A DNA stretch of 63,974 nt, the filler included, from Octopus bimaculoides (Eukaryota): assembly GCF_001194135.2 (NCBI RefSeq). It is 4 parts of 4 records of this genome, joined end to end, with 100 filler letters (N's around TTAATTAATTAA, not from the genome) between each part and the next. Parts side by side here need not be neighbours in the genome. Positions count along the whole stretch, not along the records: positions 31,119 to 57,757 come from NC_068984.1; 3 more parts are not named here. The stretch is one strand, 5' to 3'. The translations under genes and the position numbers were made by a program. Shown here piece by piece: positions 36,804 through 48,968 of this stretch; the first letter of the stretch is position 1, and each line of letters begins with the position of its first letter. The notes under the pieces are model-generated. The model made no database searches. It was not told where the DNA came from and saw nothing but the letters and a program-made list of their open reading frames with translations.

Positions 36804-38657
36804 ATGTAGAGGTAGTTAGGATAAATCTCAGCTTTTGACATTGTTACCATCCAACATATAGCCTCAGTGGCTGTATGTTAGTCAAAATACATATTACAAT
36901 TGCGAATTATTGAAATATTATTTGCAAGATTATTGTAAATCAAAACAGGTAATTCGAAATATAATACATTATATTATTTCTCTATCTGAAGAATTTCTGA
37001 TTGGAAATTCTTAACATATCTGTCTAACATGCAGATCTTTGTAATTCCTATTTCCAAATGAAACACCTGTAATGGTGGTTGAATAATACCGAAAAAAAAA
37101 TCAAATATCCTCTTTTGTTACACATACATGCGCGCTCACACTCAAACATATATGCCTCTTTTCTTTTCTTTCCCCCCTCCCCAATGCCTGTACTATTCCT
37201 TCAGTTTTCTGCTTTGTTATAAATAGAAATGGCTCTGACTAAAGTAGCGTTCATATTTGAAGTCGCTCAAATTTTTCCGCTGATCAATAGACTTATTGAC
37301 AAATATATTAGTAACGAACATATAATGACTACTGGAAACAGCTGTACGCCAAATTTACTCCAATAAAGAGAAAATATGTAATGACCATTATGTATACTTT
37401 GTTTTGTATAACTATGTATACACACACGCACACACAAAAGAGATAGGAAAGGCGAGAGGGAGGGAGAGACATTAATATACATATATGTACATATATATAT
37501 ATATATATGTATANNNNNNNNNNNNNNNNNNNNNNNNNNNNNNNNNNNNNNNNNNNNNNNNNNNNNNNNNNNNNNNNNNNNNNNNNNNNNNNNNNNNNNA
37601 TATATATATATTTATATATATATATATACATATATGTGTGAGTATGTATATGTATATATATATCTATGAATATATGTACGTATATATATATAATTGCATA
37701 CTACATCACCAAGATATATATTTATATATCTAATTGCGTAGTACGTCATCAAAATAGTTTATAACATTTGAGAACGTAGTGGACTACGCACAACTCCAAC
37801 AAATAGTTAAAGGTTTTTGAGAAAATATTTGACTTGTGTCCAGATAACTTGTAAAGGGTAATACTTTATCGTTTATATTTTCTAAACAGTTATATATTTA
37901 GATTTAATCGTAACAAGGTTTTTAATAATAATTGTTAATTATAGGTACTCTTTTATTAGTTTCTTATTTAAGAAGGATATTTTACTGGTATAAGTTTAAC
38001 ATTAAAACACGCAAGGATAACGAATATTTAATGCGTATGGAGTGTTTCAATTATTAACTTCTGGATTATGAAATAGTGTAATTCATTTAGAATTAGTTAT
38101 ATTATTATTTAAGTTCAATCGTGTTTGTTTTGTTTTGGAAAGAATTGAATATATAAGCTTTCACTTTATATTGATAACTATGGAAGGCTGATGGAAATAT
38201 TATATGTATGGAGTTCAAGGATGGTATTTAGTTATATCATTTAGGAGATAGTTATAGGTTTACTTAGAGAACTGCCCAGGTCTCGAAACCATAGTGATAT
38301 ACGTGGAGCGGCGAAGATGGAGATGTATTAGATTGTTAGTATGGTTTTTACAGTATAGTTTTATAAGACATCCATTTTGTATATATGTATATATATATAT
38401 AATAGAGATAGGTTTCAAGGTGAAAGACTATTCATATATAGTTATACATATATACATACATACATACATACAACGGAGCTGATAAGTAGCAAACACTTCA
38501 AAACACACATTCATACATGTACATGTGAACACACAGAAATACACACACACATGCATGTGTGTGTGCGTGTGAGTATGTGTGCGTGTGTGTACTCAAACGC
38601 GTTCATACTTGTATAAATTTATACATATATGTAAATTCATATATATATATATATATA

Positions 38658-38737
38658 CAGTAATCCCCCGACTCTCACGGCTATTACGTTCCAAAACCTC
38701 TCGGGATAGGTGAAAATCCGCGAAGTAGAAACAGTAC

Positions 38738-38831
<94 letters not shown>

Positions 38832-38945
38832 ATAATTTGTATATATTAATTTTATTATAAATACAGAACAACACCACGGAGGAATCGACGCAAACTTAAA
38901 TGATAAACTCCGATAGGTGAGTCGCGACATGGTGAGGGACTAATC
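38658..38945 (+). mobile_element. Tc1/mariner-pogo-like MITE with internal (CT)n(AT)n
   Basis: TA-CAGTAATCCCCCGACT left end, degraded right end CGCGACATGGTGAGGGACT; homologous to 3899-4984 and 17150-17283. Confidence 0.75.
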
Positions 38946-40994
38946 TATTTACACACACAAACGCACACGTGTATACAAACACAAACACACATACACACAC
39001 ATATAGTAATAAAAGCACAAACCGTAAGTAACATTCTTAAGCTTTACATATCATACACGCGTTTCCACATCTCGAATGTCACTAGCACGCAAGCGGCTTG
39101 AACTATTGTCGAATCTGATTCTCCTACTTCGTCGACATTATCACCAAAAATATACCATACATACTTCTTTACATATGTACATCCACACATACCTAATATA
39201 TTTATATATACATATATTTTTTGTATGTGTGGGGTGTTTGTGTGTGTATGTGTGTGTGTAAATATAAAGATGAATTTACATTTATGTATAAAGTCATACA
39301 AATATGAACGCATGTGTAGATGTGTGTGTTTGTGTGTGTCAAGATTGTAGATGCAAAATACCAAGTTCTTAAATACACATGAAATATATTCGAAAAGATT
39401 ATAAAACGTATAATATATACGTGTGTGTGTCTATGTGTCTATGAGTGGACGCGTATGAGTATATATGGCAGAGCTTACATGATATGATATAAACTCCCTA
39501 TATTTATCTTAGTATCTTCATTTTTTTTCGAGTGTTCTAATATATTGTGTAGACTCAGGAAATCCTTGAAGTGAAGTATTCGAATTATACTGTATGAGCA
39601 AAATTGTTAGACATGCAATGACGTTTTGAAATGAATTAAACGACCTTTATCCTGGAATAACTTTGCAATATAATTTTCTTTTCATCAGTTAGAAACAGAG
39701 CAGAAGACAGCTAAGTTTGAAATTATATTTGTGTTTTGTTCATGGAAGATTCTTATCGACTGACTATCTGTAATTGTCATTTAACTGTCCACTGTGATAA
39801 ATAGTAAATTTCTAATGTTATATCGGCTTAAGTGAAACACTTATGGTAATATTCTGTTGACAGGATTCAGCGAACAATGTGGCATTGTGTTTAGGTATAA
39901 ATGCCCTTGGCATGGAACAATATCTTGTTAAACGCTGATGTATAATTTGTTGTACCTACATTATACTCATGCATAACATCAGCTGATGCATGCTGGGAAT
40001 AGCATGATGATATGACAGGATCAATTATACATATATTAATATGAAGAAACTTTAGAAATTTAGCTTAGATAAATATAGCTTATGACACATAAAGTTTCAC
40101 TGCAGTTGTTTTTTGGGTCCTGATGGACTTTAGTATTCTGATATATACTTCAGCAAAATGCTTTTGCATTCGAATTTTGTTGGATCGAATATCGAGCATA
40201 GACATTATGTATACTACTGACACTGATCTTCTTGCCTATATTTCAAGGAAAAACGTTTTCTAAGCAATGGAAATATGATTCCGGAAGCAATTTAATTCCA
40301 TTATTCAATTCTCATAAAAATTGTGCTTTCTTTCTTTATAAAGTGCTCTGAGGTATCAACTTTCTAGCTAAAGTACCCCGTGCGATAAATTCTAATTTTC
40401 AATCCAAACACATATTTATATTATCATGTAAGATTAAAATTATCTCACATAAATTAAATCGTTTTATAGGAAAATGGTACAAACACTAAGAGTCACTTTG
40501 ATGCCACCTAAACAACAATACATTAAGCTCTCTACTTTCTTGTTGCAAAAGATGCTTCAGGCATTCAATTTGCAAAAATCCGACTTAATTCCATATTATT
40601 GTGATAAGTCTAAATTAGGATAAGCCAATTAAACAGCATAAATTTTAATTTTAGTATTCAAAATGTATAGAAAGTTCAATACTCCGAATTGAATATAACT
40701 AAAAATTAGTAGAAAAACTTCAAAGTCCCGATTTGCATGCAAACCAAATAACAGGATTCAGCTCTTTGTATTTTCCTTATCTGCTTGCAATCTACGGCAC
40801 AACTCATTGATTATTCATTAGTTATCTTTGTCTGGTACTATGAGAAAGATCATGCTTTGCTGGGGTGATTTTATTAGGCCTAATCATACCCTGAATTTTC
40901 ACCATTATGGCAAATTTTGGGATCTTCCACTCTGATTTTCTTTAGCTAATAGATAATAAAGCTAATGACAAATACCTCACCCTACGTGTATCAT

Positions 40995-42900
40995 TTGAAT
41001 TTGTTAAATTTTATTAGCTAAGTCAAACAGATATTTCACACATATTGGCTAAAGTATTATCCATATTTTAGTCTAACCAGATGCAAGGATGGAGTCTGAA
41101 AACTTTTGAAATCAGATATTTTCACTGATCTGGAAACCTGACACGAAGGAAGGCAATAAACACTATAGCGTAATTAGAAAATGGATAGGACTGCTAGGGA
41201 ATATCTACTGCTCAATAAAAATAATTATATCTGAAATTAGTGAATCACCATCCACATGCAACAATAATTAGGTCAGAGGTAATACATTAAATGAAAACAG
41301 CGTTAAAAGCTAACCTGAATTAGTTACACAGAAGAGAAAAACCCATGTGAGACACTGACTATAATTTTAAAAATTTAACGGCAGCGAACTGGCAATATCA
41401 TTAGAAAGTTAGCTTCGCCTCTAGTCCCTCCAGGATCTAAAAAAAGAAAATAAAGTGCCAGTCGAGTACTGGCTTCGATAGCATTAACTGTACCCCTCTC
41501 CCTCATAATTATTGGTCTTGTATCTAAATAAAAAATTATTGCTTTCATTCTTTAGGAGACAACTCTTGAATTGTTATGGTGTTTTATGAACATCTTGAGA
41601 GATACATAGATTTCACTTTTCTTGCTGAAGAAGTAATGACAGAATGACTTAGTAAATATATATTGCATGCCTGGTGTAGCTTACTGGGATTGCCTCTTGT
41701 ATAGATTGTTTCTACATTAACCAGTGTACCCACGACTATTTACTTTCTAATCGATTTAAATATCAGTGTTCTCTCTTTTGACAAGTATTTTCTCAACACT
41801 AATTTCAATTGGCCAAAAATTATTTTTGGTTCATTTTATTGTGTAAATTTACCTTCATTTCGCTGCAACACCTTTCAGAAAATTTCCATTATGCTTATTT
41901 TGTTACACATTAACTTCCATCACGACGTCATGAAGTATAGTGAAGTATATGCTTGACTACAGCTGTTCATAGTACCTACGACATACGTCTTTTTTTTTAA
42001 ACCACTAATAATTAACTATTCAGCGAGTAATGGTTTTTACTCACATCTTAATAGTCCCCAGGTTGTTATTTAGCGCATTTGATATATTAACATCACCTTA
42101 TATATTGTTTGTATAAATTAGACTCAACTGCGGCAAGTGTTTAATAATGTTTCCTATAATTATGAAAGAAATGGATTATAAAACATTATTTGTAGTATAA
42201 AAATAGTATTCTATTCAAAAGTTATATACTATTTTACCAATTTTAACTTTGATTGGTGGGAAAATGTCTTTACAGCTTACGTTTGTCGGAAATATATATT
42301 AACTCTTTTGTTGAAACTATAGCTGAGTAAGACAAATGGGAAAAATTTGTGTTGGTATTAGTGAACATCAAACAATATTTGCTAGAAAGAATATAGAAGA
42401 TTTTGTTAAGTATACTACACATCATACTACGATTTGCTTGCAACACTATATCTTAAATTTTGGATGATCCGAATGAATAAACTCTTATTTACATGTCTAT
42501 ATGCAAATCAATAAAATCCCTTATGTAAGAACGTTCTATAGTAATTTATTTTCTCTTATGTACATTCACCAAATTCAATTTTACTAGTATATAACATCGG
42601 GGAATTTAAATTGCGGGAAAATAAAGTAAGTTCTATATTATTCAAATGTCTTCTATGCAGTTTAGATTACAATATAAGTATTAAATGAAAATCCCGAAAA
42701 AGTATTTTTATCGCTTTGTATTCTCGGATTTATAAATATTAACGTTGATAATCTAATTTTTAAAAGTGTTTCCTTATTAAACTCGGTGGTAGAAATTTAC
42801 TTTCCGTAAAATCTAATTTCAGTTAAAGATTTCTTCTCTGTTCAATGACAAATTTATTGTTCGACAAAATCAACAAGATGCTGATAAATTTATATAAATA
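40995..42900 (+). repeat. Copy 2 of the old direct duplication
   Basis: Collinear anchors with 31500-36480. Confidence 0.75.
41380..41540 (+). mobile_element. SINE family A, old and internally deleted
   Basis: GGCAGCGAACTGGCA head, GTGCCAGTCGAGTACTGG, type 2-like tail. Confidence 0.6.
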
Positions 42901-43330
42901 CATACAAAATTCATGTATATTCATACTAATATTTATACCATGCAAACGCTTCTACTTCAGGTTTTCTATAGTTCGTAAATAACGAACTCTTCGATGGTAG
43001 CAGCTACAACGAAGAAAACATTTTATGAACAAGATAACTACGCAGTACTGTGTTGATAACGTGNNNNNNNNNNNNNNNNNNNNNNNNNNNNNNNNNNNNN
43101 NNNNNNNNNNNNNNNNNNNNNNNNNNNNNNNNNNNNNNNNNNNNNNNNNNNNNNNNNNNNNNNNNNNNNNNNNNNNNNNNNNNNNNNNNNNNNNNNNNNN
43201 NNNNNNNNNNNNNNNNNNNNNNNNNNNNNNNNNNNNNNNNNNNNNNNNNNNNNNNNNNNNNNNNNNNNNNNNNNNNNNNNNNNNNNNNNNNNNNNNNNNN
43301 NNNNNNNNNNNNNNNNNNNNNNNNNNNNNN

Positions 43331-43520
43331 ATGATTGACCGTTGACTGAACACGATTCAATTTTTTTTTTCTCCGTGTTTTTCTCCTTGTCTCCGTATTC
43401 TTTCTGTTGAAGAGCGTAGCTCGAAACGTCAAAGACTTTCCGTATTCCCGAGCGTCATGCTAATATATACTTTTGTTATTTACACCACCTGTCCTCGTCT
43501 GTTGTTATTATTTGTATATT
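43331..43520 (+). mobile_element. Penelope-like pseudo-LTR
   Basis: Contains the hammerhead-like motif at 43399-43435, has a T-rich 3' part ending in (TA)n, and lies about 1 kb from a Penelope endonuclease fragment. Confidence 0.6.
43399..43435 (+). ncRNA. Minimal type I hammerhead-like motif (variant core)
   Basis: Stem I TCTTT/AAAGA, core CTGTTGAA, stem II GAGC-GTA-GCTC, GAAAC-GTC (palindromic stem III, GUC triplet). Confidence 0.55.
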
Positions 43521-44577
43521 CTCCTATATATATATATAGACATACATACATATATAGACATACATATGTATTGACACGCGCTCGGACACACGCACAAACG
43601 CAACCATATATAATTTTAGCTCACGTTATCAACACAGTACTGCGTAGTTATCTTGTTCATAAAATGTTTTCTTCGTTGTAGCTGCTACCATCGAAGAGTT
43701 CGTTATTTACGAACTATAGAAAACCTGAAGTAGAAGCGTTTATATATGTATATATATATATATATATATATNNNNNNNNNNNNNNNNNNNNNNNNNNNNN
43801 NNNNNNNNNNNNNNNNNNNNNNNNNNNNNNNNNNNNNNNNNNNNNNNNNNNNNNNNNNNNNNNNNNNNNNNNNNNNNNNNNNNNNNNNNNNNNNNNNNNN
43901 NNNNNNNNNNNNNNNNNNNNNNNNNNNNNNNNNNNNNNNNNNNNNNNNNNNNNNNNNNNNNNNNNNNNNNNNNNNNNNNNNNNNNNNNNNNNNNNNNNNN
44001 NNNNNNNNNNNNNNNNNNNNNNNNNNNNNNNNNNNNNNNNNNNNNNNNNNNNNNNNNNNNNNNNNNNNNNNNNNNNNNNNNNNNNNNNNNNNNNNNNNNN
44101 NNNNNNNNNNNNNNNNNNNNNNNNNNNNNNNNNNNNNNNNNNNNNNNNNNNNNNNNNNNNNNNNNNNNNNNNNNNNNNNNNNNNNNNNNNNNNNNNNNNN
44201 NNNNNNNNNNNNNNNNNNNNNNNNNNNNNNNNNNNNNNNNNNNNNNNNNNNNNNNNNNNNNNNNNNNNNNNNNNNNNNNNNNNNNNNNNNNNNNNNNNNN
44301 NNNNNNNNNNNNNNNNNNNNNNNNNNNNNNNNNNNNNNNNNNNNNNNNNNNNNNNNNNNNNNNNNNNNNNNNNNNNNNNNNNNNNNNNNNNNNNNNNNNN
44401 NNNNNNNNNNNNNNNNNNNNNNNNNNNNNNNNNNNNNNNNNNNNNNNNNNNNNNNNNNNNNNNNNNNNNNNNNNNNNNNNNNNNNNNNNNNNNNNNNNNN
44501 NNNNNNNNNNNNNNNNNNNNNNNNNNNNNNNNNNNNNNNNNNNNNNNNNNNNNNNNNNNNNNNNNNNNNNNNNNNNN

Positions 44578-45993
44578 GATTTTTAACGGTGCATTTATAT
44601 ATTACATTGTATCTTACGCAATGTGTTTGAAGCGGACAGATAGTCCCGGAGCGACAGTTACAAGTGTAGGAGGCTAGAGGGTTGCGTATGCTTGTGGTTG
44701 AGTTATTATTATTGGAGGATATGTTATAAGGGGATGTGTAGGAATCTAGATCAGTGGAATTATTGTTATGGCTATTAGTCCTATCAGTGTTATTATTGGT
44801 ATTGTTATTGTCTAGAATATTAATGGGTTGGGATCCATTGTGGTTTTGTTCCAGTGTACGAGCGTTAGTGTTAGAAGAACGTATATTGATGTCCGTGGTG
44901 GGTGTATGTGTGGGTCGGGTGCTGGTGTTAGCATAGCTACAGTTGCTTAGGTTTTGGTTCAAGAATCTAAGATGGACCATTTTAAGGTGTATTGGGTATT
45001 TTTGTTTTTGAGGTGATGAATATGATTGGCTAATGTTGTAGATTTACTGTGTTTGTCGTATCTAAAAGAGTGCATGTGTGCTGCGTAGCGATGTTTAATG
45101 TTTATAGTTGCACCAATGTACGTGGCAGTAGGGTTACGTAATAGATTTTTAACGGTGCATTTATATATTACATTGTATCTTACGCAATGTGTTTGAAGCG
45201 GACAGATAGTCCCGGAGCGACAGTTACAAGTGTAGGAGGCTAGAGGGTTGCGTATGCTTGTGGTTGAGTTATTATTATTGGAGGATATGTTATAAGGGGA
45301 TGTGTAGGAATCTAGATCAGTGGAATTATTGTTATGGCTATTAGTCCTATCAGTGTTATTATTGGTATTGTTATTGTCTAGAATATTAATGGGTTGGGAT
45401 CCATTGTGGTTTTGTTCCAGTGTACGAGCGTTAGTGTTAGAAGAACGTATATTGATGTCCACGTTGGGNNNNNNNNNNAATATGATTGGCTAATGTTGTA
45501 GATTTACTGTGTTTGTCGTATCTAAAAGAGTGCATGTGTGCTGCGTAGCGATGTTTAATGTTTATAGTTGCACCAATGTACGTGGCAGTAGGGTTACGTA
45601 ATAGATTTTTAACGGTGCATTTATATATTACATTGTATCTTACGCAATGTGTTTGAAGCGGACAGATAGTCCCGGAGCGACAGTTACAAGTGTAGGAGGC
45701 TAGAGGGTTGCGTATGCTTGTGGTTGAGTTATTATTATTGGAGGATATGTTATAAGGGGATGTGTAGGAATCTAGATCAGTGGAATTATTGTTATGGCTA
45801 TTAGTCCTATCAGTGTTATTATTGGTATTGTTATTGTCTAGAATATTAATGGGTTGGGATCCATTGTGGTTTTGTTCCAGTGTACGAGCGTTAGTGTTAG
45901 AAGAACGTATATTGATGTCCACGTTGGGTGTATGTGTGGGTCGGGTGCTGGTGTTAGCATAGCTACGGTTGCTTAGGTTTTGGTTCAAGAATC
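44578..45993 (-). mobile_element. Penelope-like element GIY-YIG endonuclease fragment, tandemly repeated
   Basis: CNCRSGTICPLQTHCVRYNVIYKCTV...YIGATINIKHRYAAH...STTLANHIHHLK...YTLKWSIL (CxC..CP..C linker, VIY/YIG, R..H). Confidence 0.9.
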
Positions 45994-46707
45994 AAAAGCT
46001 TTCATTCAAGAGAAAGCTGGTCTATATGCAAGATAGTGCCCCGTCTCATGCAGCGAAGGACTCTTTCTAAGAAATATCTACAGCAAAGTCGTTTTATGGA
46101 GTGGGGGTCGTTTGATGGAGTGGCCACCTTGTTCCTCTGACTTAAACTCGATCGATAACCTGTGGAGTGTCCTGAAGAGTTGTGTTTACCAAGTTGGACG
46201 GCAGTTTTCAACTAAAGATTCTCCCTGCGAGGCTATTGTAGATGCTGCTCAAAGCATGACACGAGTGGATATCATCACCTTGACAAATGCAATGGATCAG
46301 TGCGAAAGGAAGGTTATTGCATGTGGAGGATCATGCATCAAACATTAGGAGTTGTATGACATCATAATCACATAATTATTTTCATTTGAATGCATTATTA
46401 CATTTACCATTAAGTATTTTATGAATAATTTTTGTTTAAACCATTACTGTTCGATTAAATGTTTGTTTTGACTCAGTTACAATTTTATTTTTACTTGCTT
46501 AATAATTGTGACGGAGAAAATGTTGCCTAATCCCAAAAATAAATGGCCGACGTTTCTTGGCATCTGCACTGATCCGATTTATTTTAACAGAATGTGCACA
46601 GATAAGTGTTGCCAACAGTCAATGGGAAAACAACTGATCTTGAACGAATTTACAATTATTTATTTATTGAGAGGAGGTTGATTTGCCTAATAATGTGGGA
46701 CGTAGTG
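45994..46707 (+). mobile_element. Tc1-family (TRT/DD37E-like) transposon 3' half with right TIR plus TA
   Basis: YMQDSAPSHAAK; MEWPPCSSDLNSIDNLWSVLKSCVYQVGRQFSTK; end TTGCCTAATAATGTGGGACGTAGTG-TA. Confidence 0.85.
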
Positions 46708-47278
46708 TATATATATATATATATATATAAAGGCGGGTTTGTTTTTGCTTTTCACTCTGGTTTTTTGTTCTATGTGTGCCATAAATATCGCCATCCGTTT
46801 AGAGAAAAATTTGTAGTTTAGAATCAGTAGTTCTTTGACTGCTATTTCTAAATTTTCAGTATGTTGGAGAAGCAACTCAATGCTAATCCCTGNNNNNNNN
46901 NNNNNNNNNNNNNNNNNNNNNNNNNNNNNNNNNNNNNNNNNNNNNNNNNNNNNNNNNNNNNNNNNNNNNNNNNNNNNNNNNNNNNNNNNNNNNNNNNNNN
47001 NNNNNNNNNNNNNNNNNNNNNNNNNNNNNNNNNNNNNNNNNNNNNNNNNNNNNNNNNNNNNNNNNNNNNNNNNNNNNNNNNNNNNNNNNNNNNNNNNNNN
47101 NNNNNNNNNNNNNNNNNNNNNNNNNNNNNNNNNNNNNNNNNNNNNNNNNNNNNNNNNNNNNNNNNNNNNNNNNNNNNNNNNNNNNNNNNNNNNNNNNNNN
47201 NNNNNNNNNNNNNNNNNNNNNNNNNNNNNNNNNNNNNNNNNNNNNNNNNNNNNNNNTATATATATTTATATATATAGA

Positions 47279-47311
<33 letters not shown>

Positions 47312-48508
47312 GCAGATATATATTATATATATATATGTACACATACGGCACATAAGCGGTCAGTAAATAGAGTAATGAGACTAATCTCAAAGCGTTCGAT
47401 GTGGCAACACTACGGGGTTCCCCTTCGTGGTGTTGCGATATATCAACGTTCTCTATAACCCCAGTTCAAACAGAAACCACGTTGTGGTAACAAGTGAAGT
47501 TTGAGTGCAATTTTGCGTAGTGATTTTCTTTGTGACAGATAAATCGTCAGTTTTAAGAATTATTATTTTCATAGTGACTCAATGTGAATGTTACCATGCA
47601 TTTGGTTAAATACAAGCAGTACTGTGTTCAATTAAAGAAAAGACACATTCGATAATGCATCGTAGGGTATACAAAACTATGGAATGATCACAGGTGGACA
47701 GTCTTTTATCATAGGTCCAATCGACTTATCCTTATTTTATACTTAACGATAAAAGTGAAATTCTCTCATTGAAACAGCGGTATACACCGTCCTACGGTAG
47801 AAAAAAAATTCCATTTTTTTTTTTAAATTTTATTTTAAAATATAAAGTGAACTGTTGCATTTGCTTTAGAGAGTACAGAACTCATCGTTGTAAATTTTAC
47901 GAAAATAATCATTGACAAGTAATTAGAAATGTGAATTGACAGAATGTTTGGCCTGCCATAATGTATGACGTGTTATCCCTAGCATTTGTTATTAACTGAA
48001 ATCTTACGTTTGAAACAAATGACGTCTGTAATGCCAGAAATGTATAGGCAAGTAGAGACAGACGGACTAAAAGAAATAGGAGAGGAAGACGAAAAGAGAA
48101 AGAGAGATACAGAGAGAGGGAGGACTACAACGGAAACAAAATAATTAAAATATGACAGAAACGAGGATAAGATACAAGAGAATATCTCAGTACCTTGGAA
48201 CTCTTACAAATACAATCAATAATTTCAAGCGAATTCAACACTCTTCGAATGAATATTTCCTGTAATTACGCTTAGTTCTAATTACTAATTACAAGTATGT
48301 GATAAAAGATGTCCTGAGTCACTGAACAAGGAGAGCGAGGCACAGTTTCTAGTGAACCAACGAGAACATCTGGTTAACATTGATATATTTTTAACAATTA
48401 CGTATTTTAACTTCAGACTTCTATTACAATATTGCTAAAACGATGAGAAATGCATATACATATAGGTGATGTATTCATTTTAATACATATGCATGACATG
48501 TCTATTCT

Positions 48509-48640
48509 AATATTCTTTTCTACTCTAGGCACAAGGCCCGAAATTTTGGGGGAAGGGGGCCAGTCGATTAGATCTTATTTTTCGACCCCGAAAGGATGAA
48601 AGGCAAAGTCAACCACGGCGGAATTTGAACTCAGAACGTA
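48509..48640 (-). mobile_element. SINE family A (tail type 2), internally deleted
   Basis: GGCACAAGGCCCGAAATTTT...CGACCCCGAAAGGATGAAAGGCAAAGTC...GGCGGAATTTGAACTCAGAACGT. Confidence 0.85.
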
Positions 48641-48829
48641 AATATTCTCGACATCATTATGTCCGTATATAAAAACAGGAGTGATGAGAGACACTGATAG
48701 ACATTCAATGGTAAATAATTGTATGCACTCTGCTACATTTATTGTACATGTATGTCTGTGTGCGCATGTGTATGCGTAAGCAGACATATATACATATTAT
48801 TTAGATTATTTACATTTGACGGATAGTTA

Positions 48830-48934
48830 TCCTCATCTTGTTTGTTATCATGTTTCGGTTGATATACCCATCATCAGATGTCTTGGAGAAATTTTGAACC
48901 TGGGTGCTCATTTCTAAGGTATTTTTCTATGTTG

Positions 48935-48968
<34 letters not shown>

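Larger units (their letters stand above)
42944..43741. repeat. Perfect 120-bp inverted repeat (42944-43063 / 43622-43741)
   Basis: Base-by-base reverse complement identity. Confidence 0.9.

Noticed and set aside
37229-37366. 45-codon ORF (MALTKVAF...) just after TATAAATAG
   Set aside because: The TATA is too close to the ATG, no homology is recognised, and the length is within chance expectation
39157-39174. 18-nt match to the 3' part of mature miR-1 on the minus strand
   Set aside because: The seed is absent and there is no complementary arm; the TATG-rich background explains the match
45479-45928. Third Penelope tandem copy
   Set aside because: Identical to 45019-45468 across a 10-N gap, the signature of overlapping contig ends
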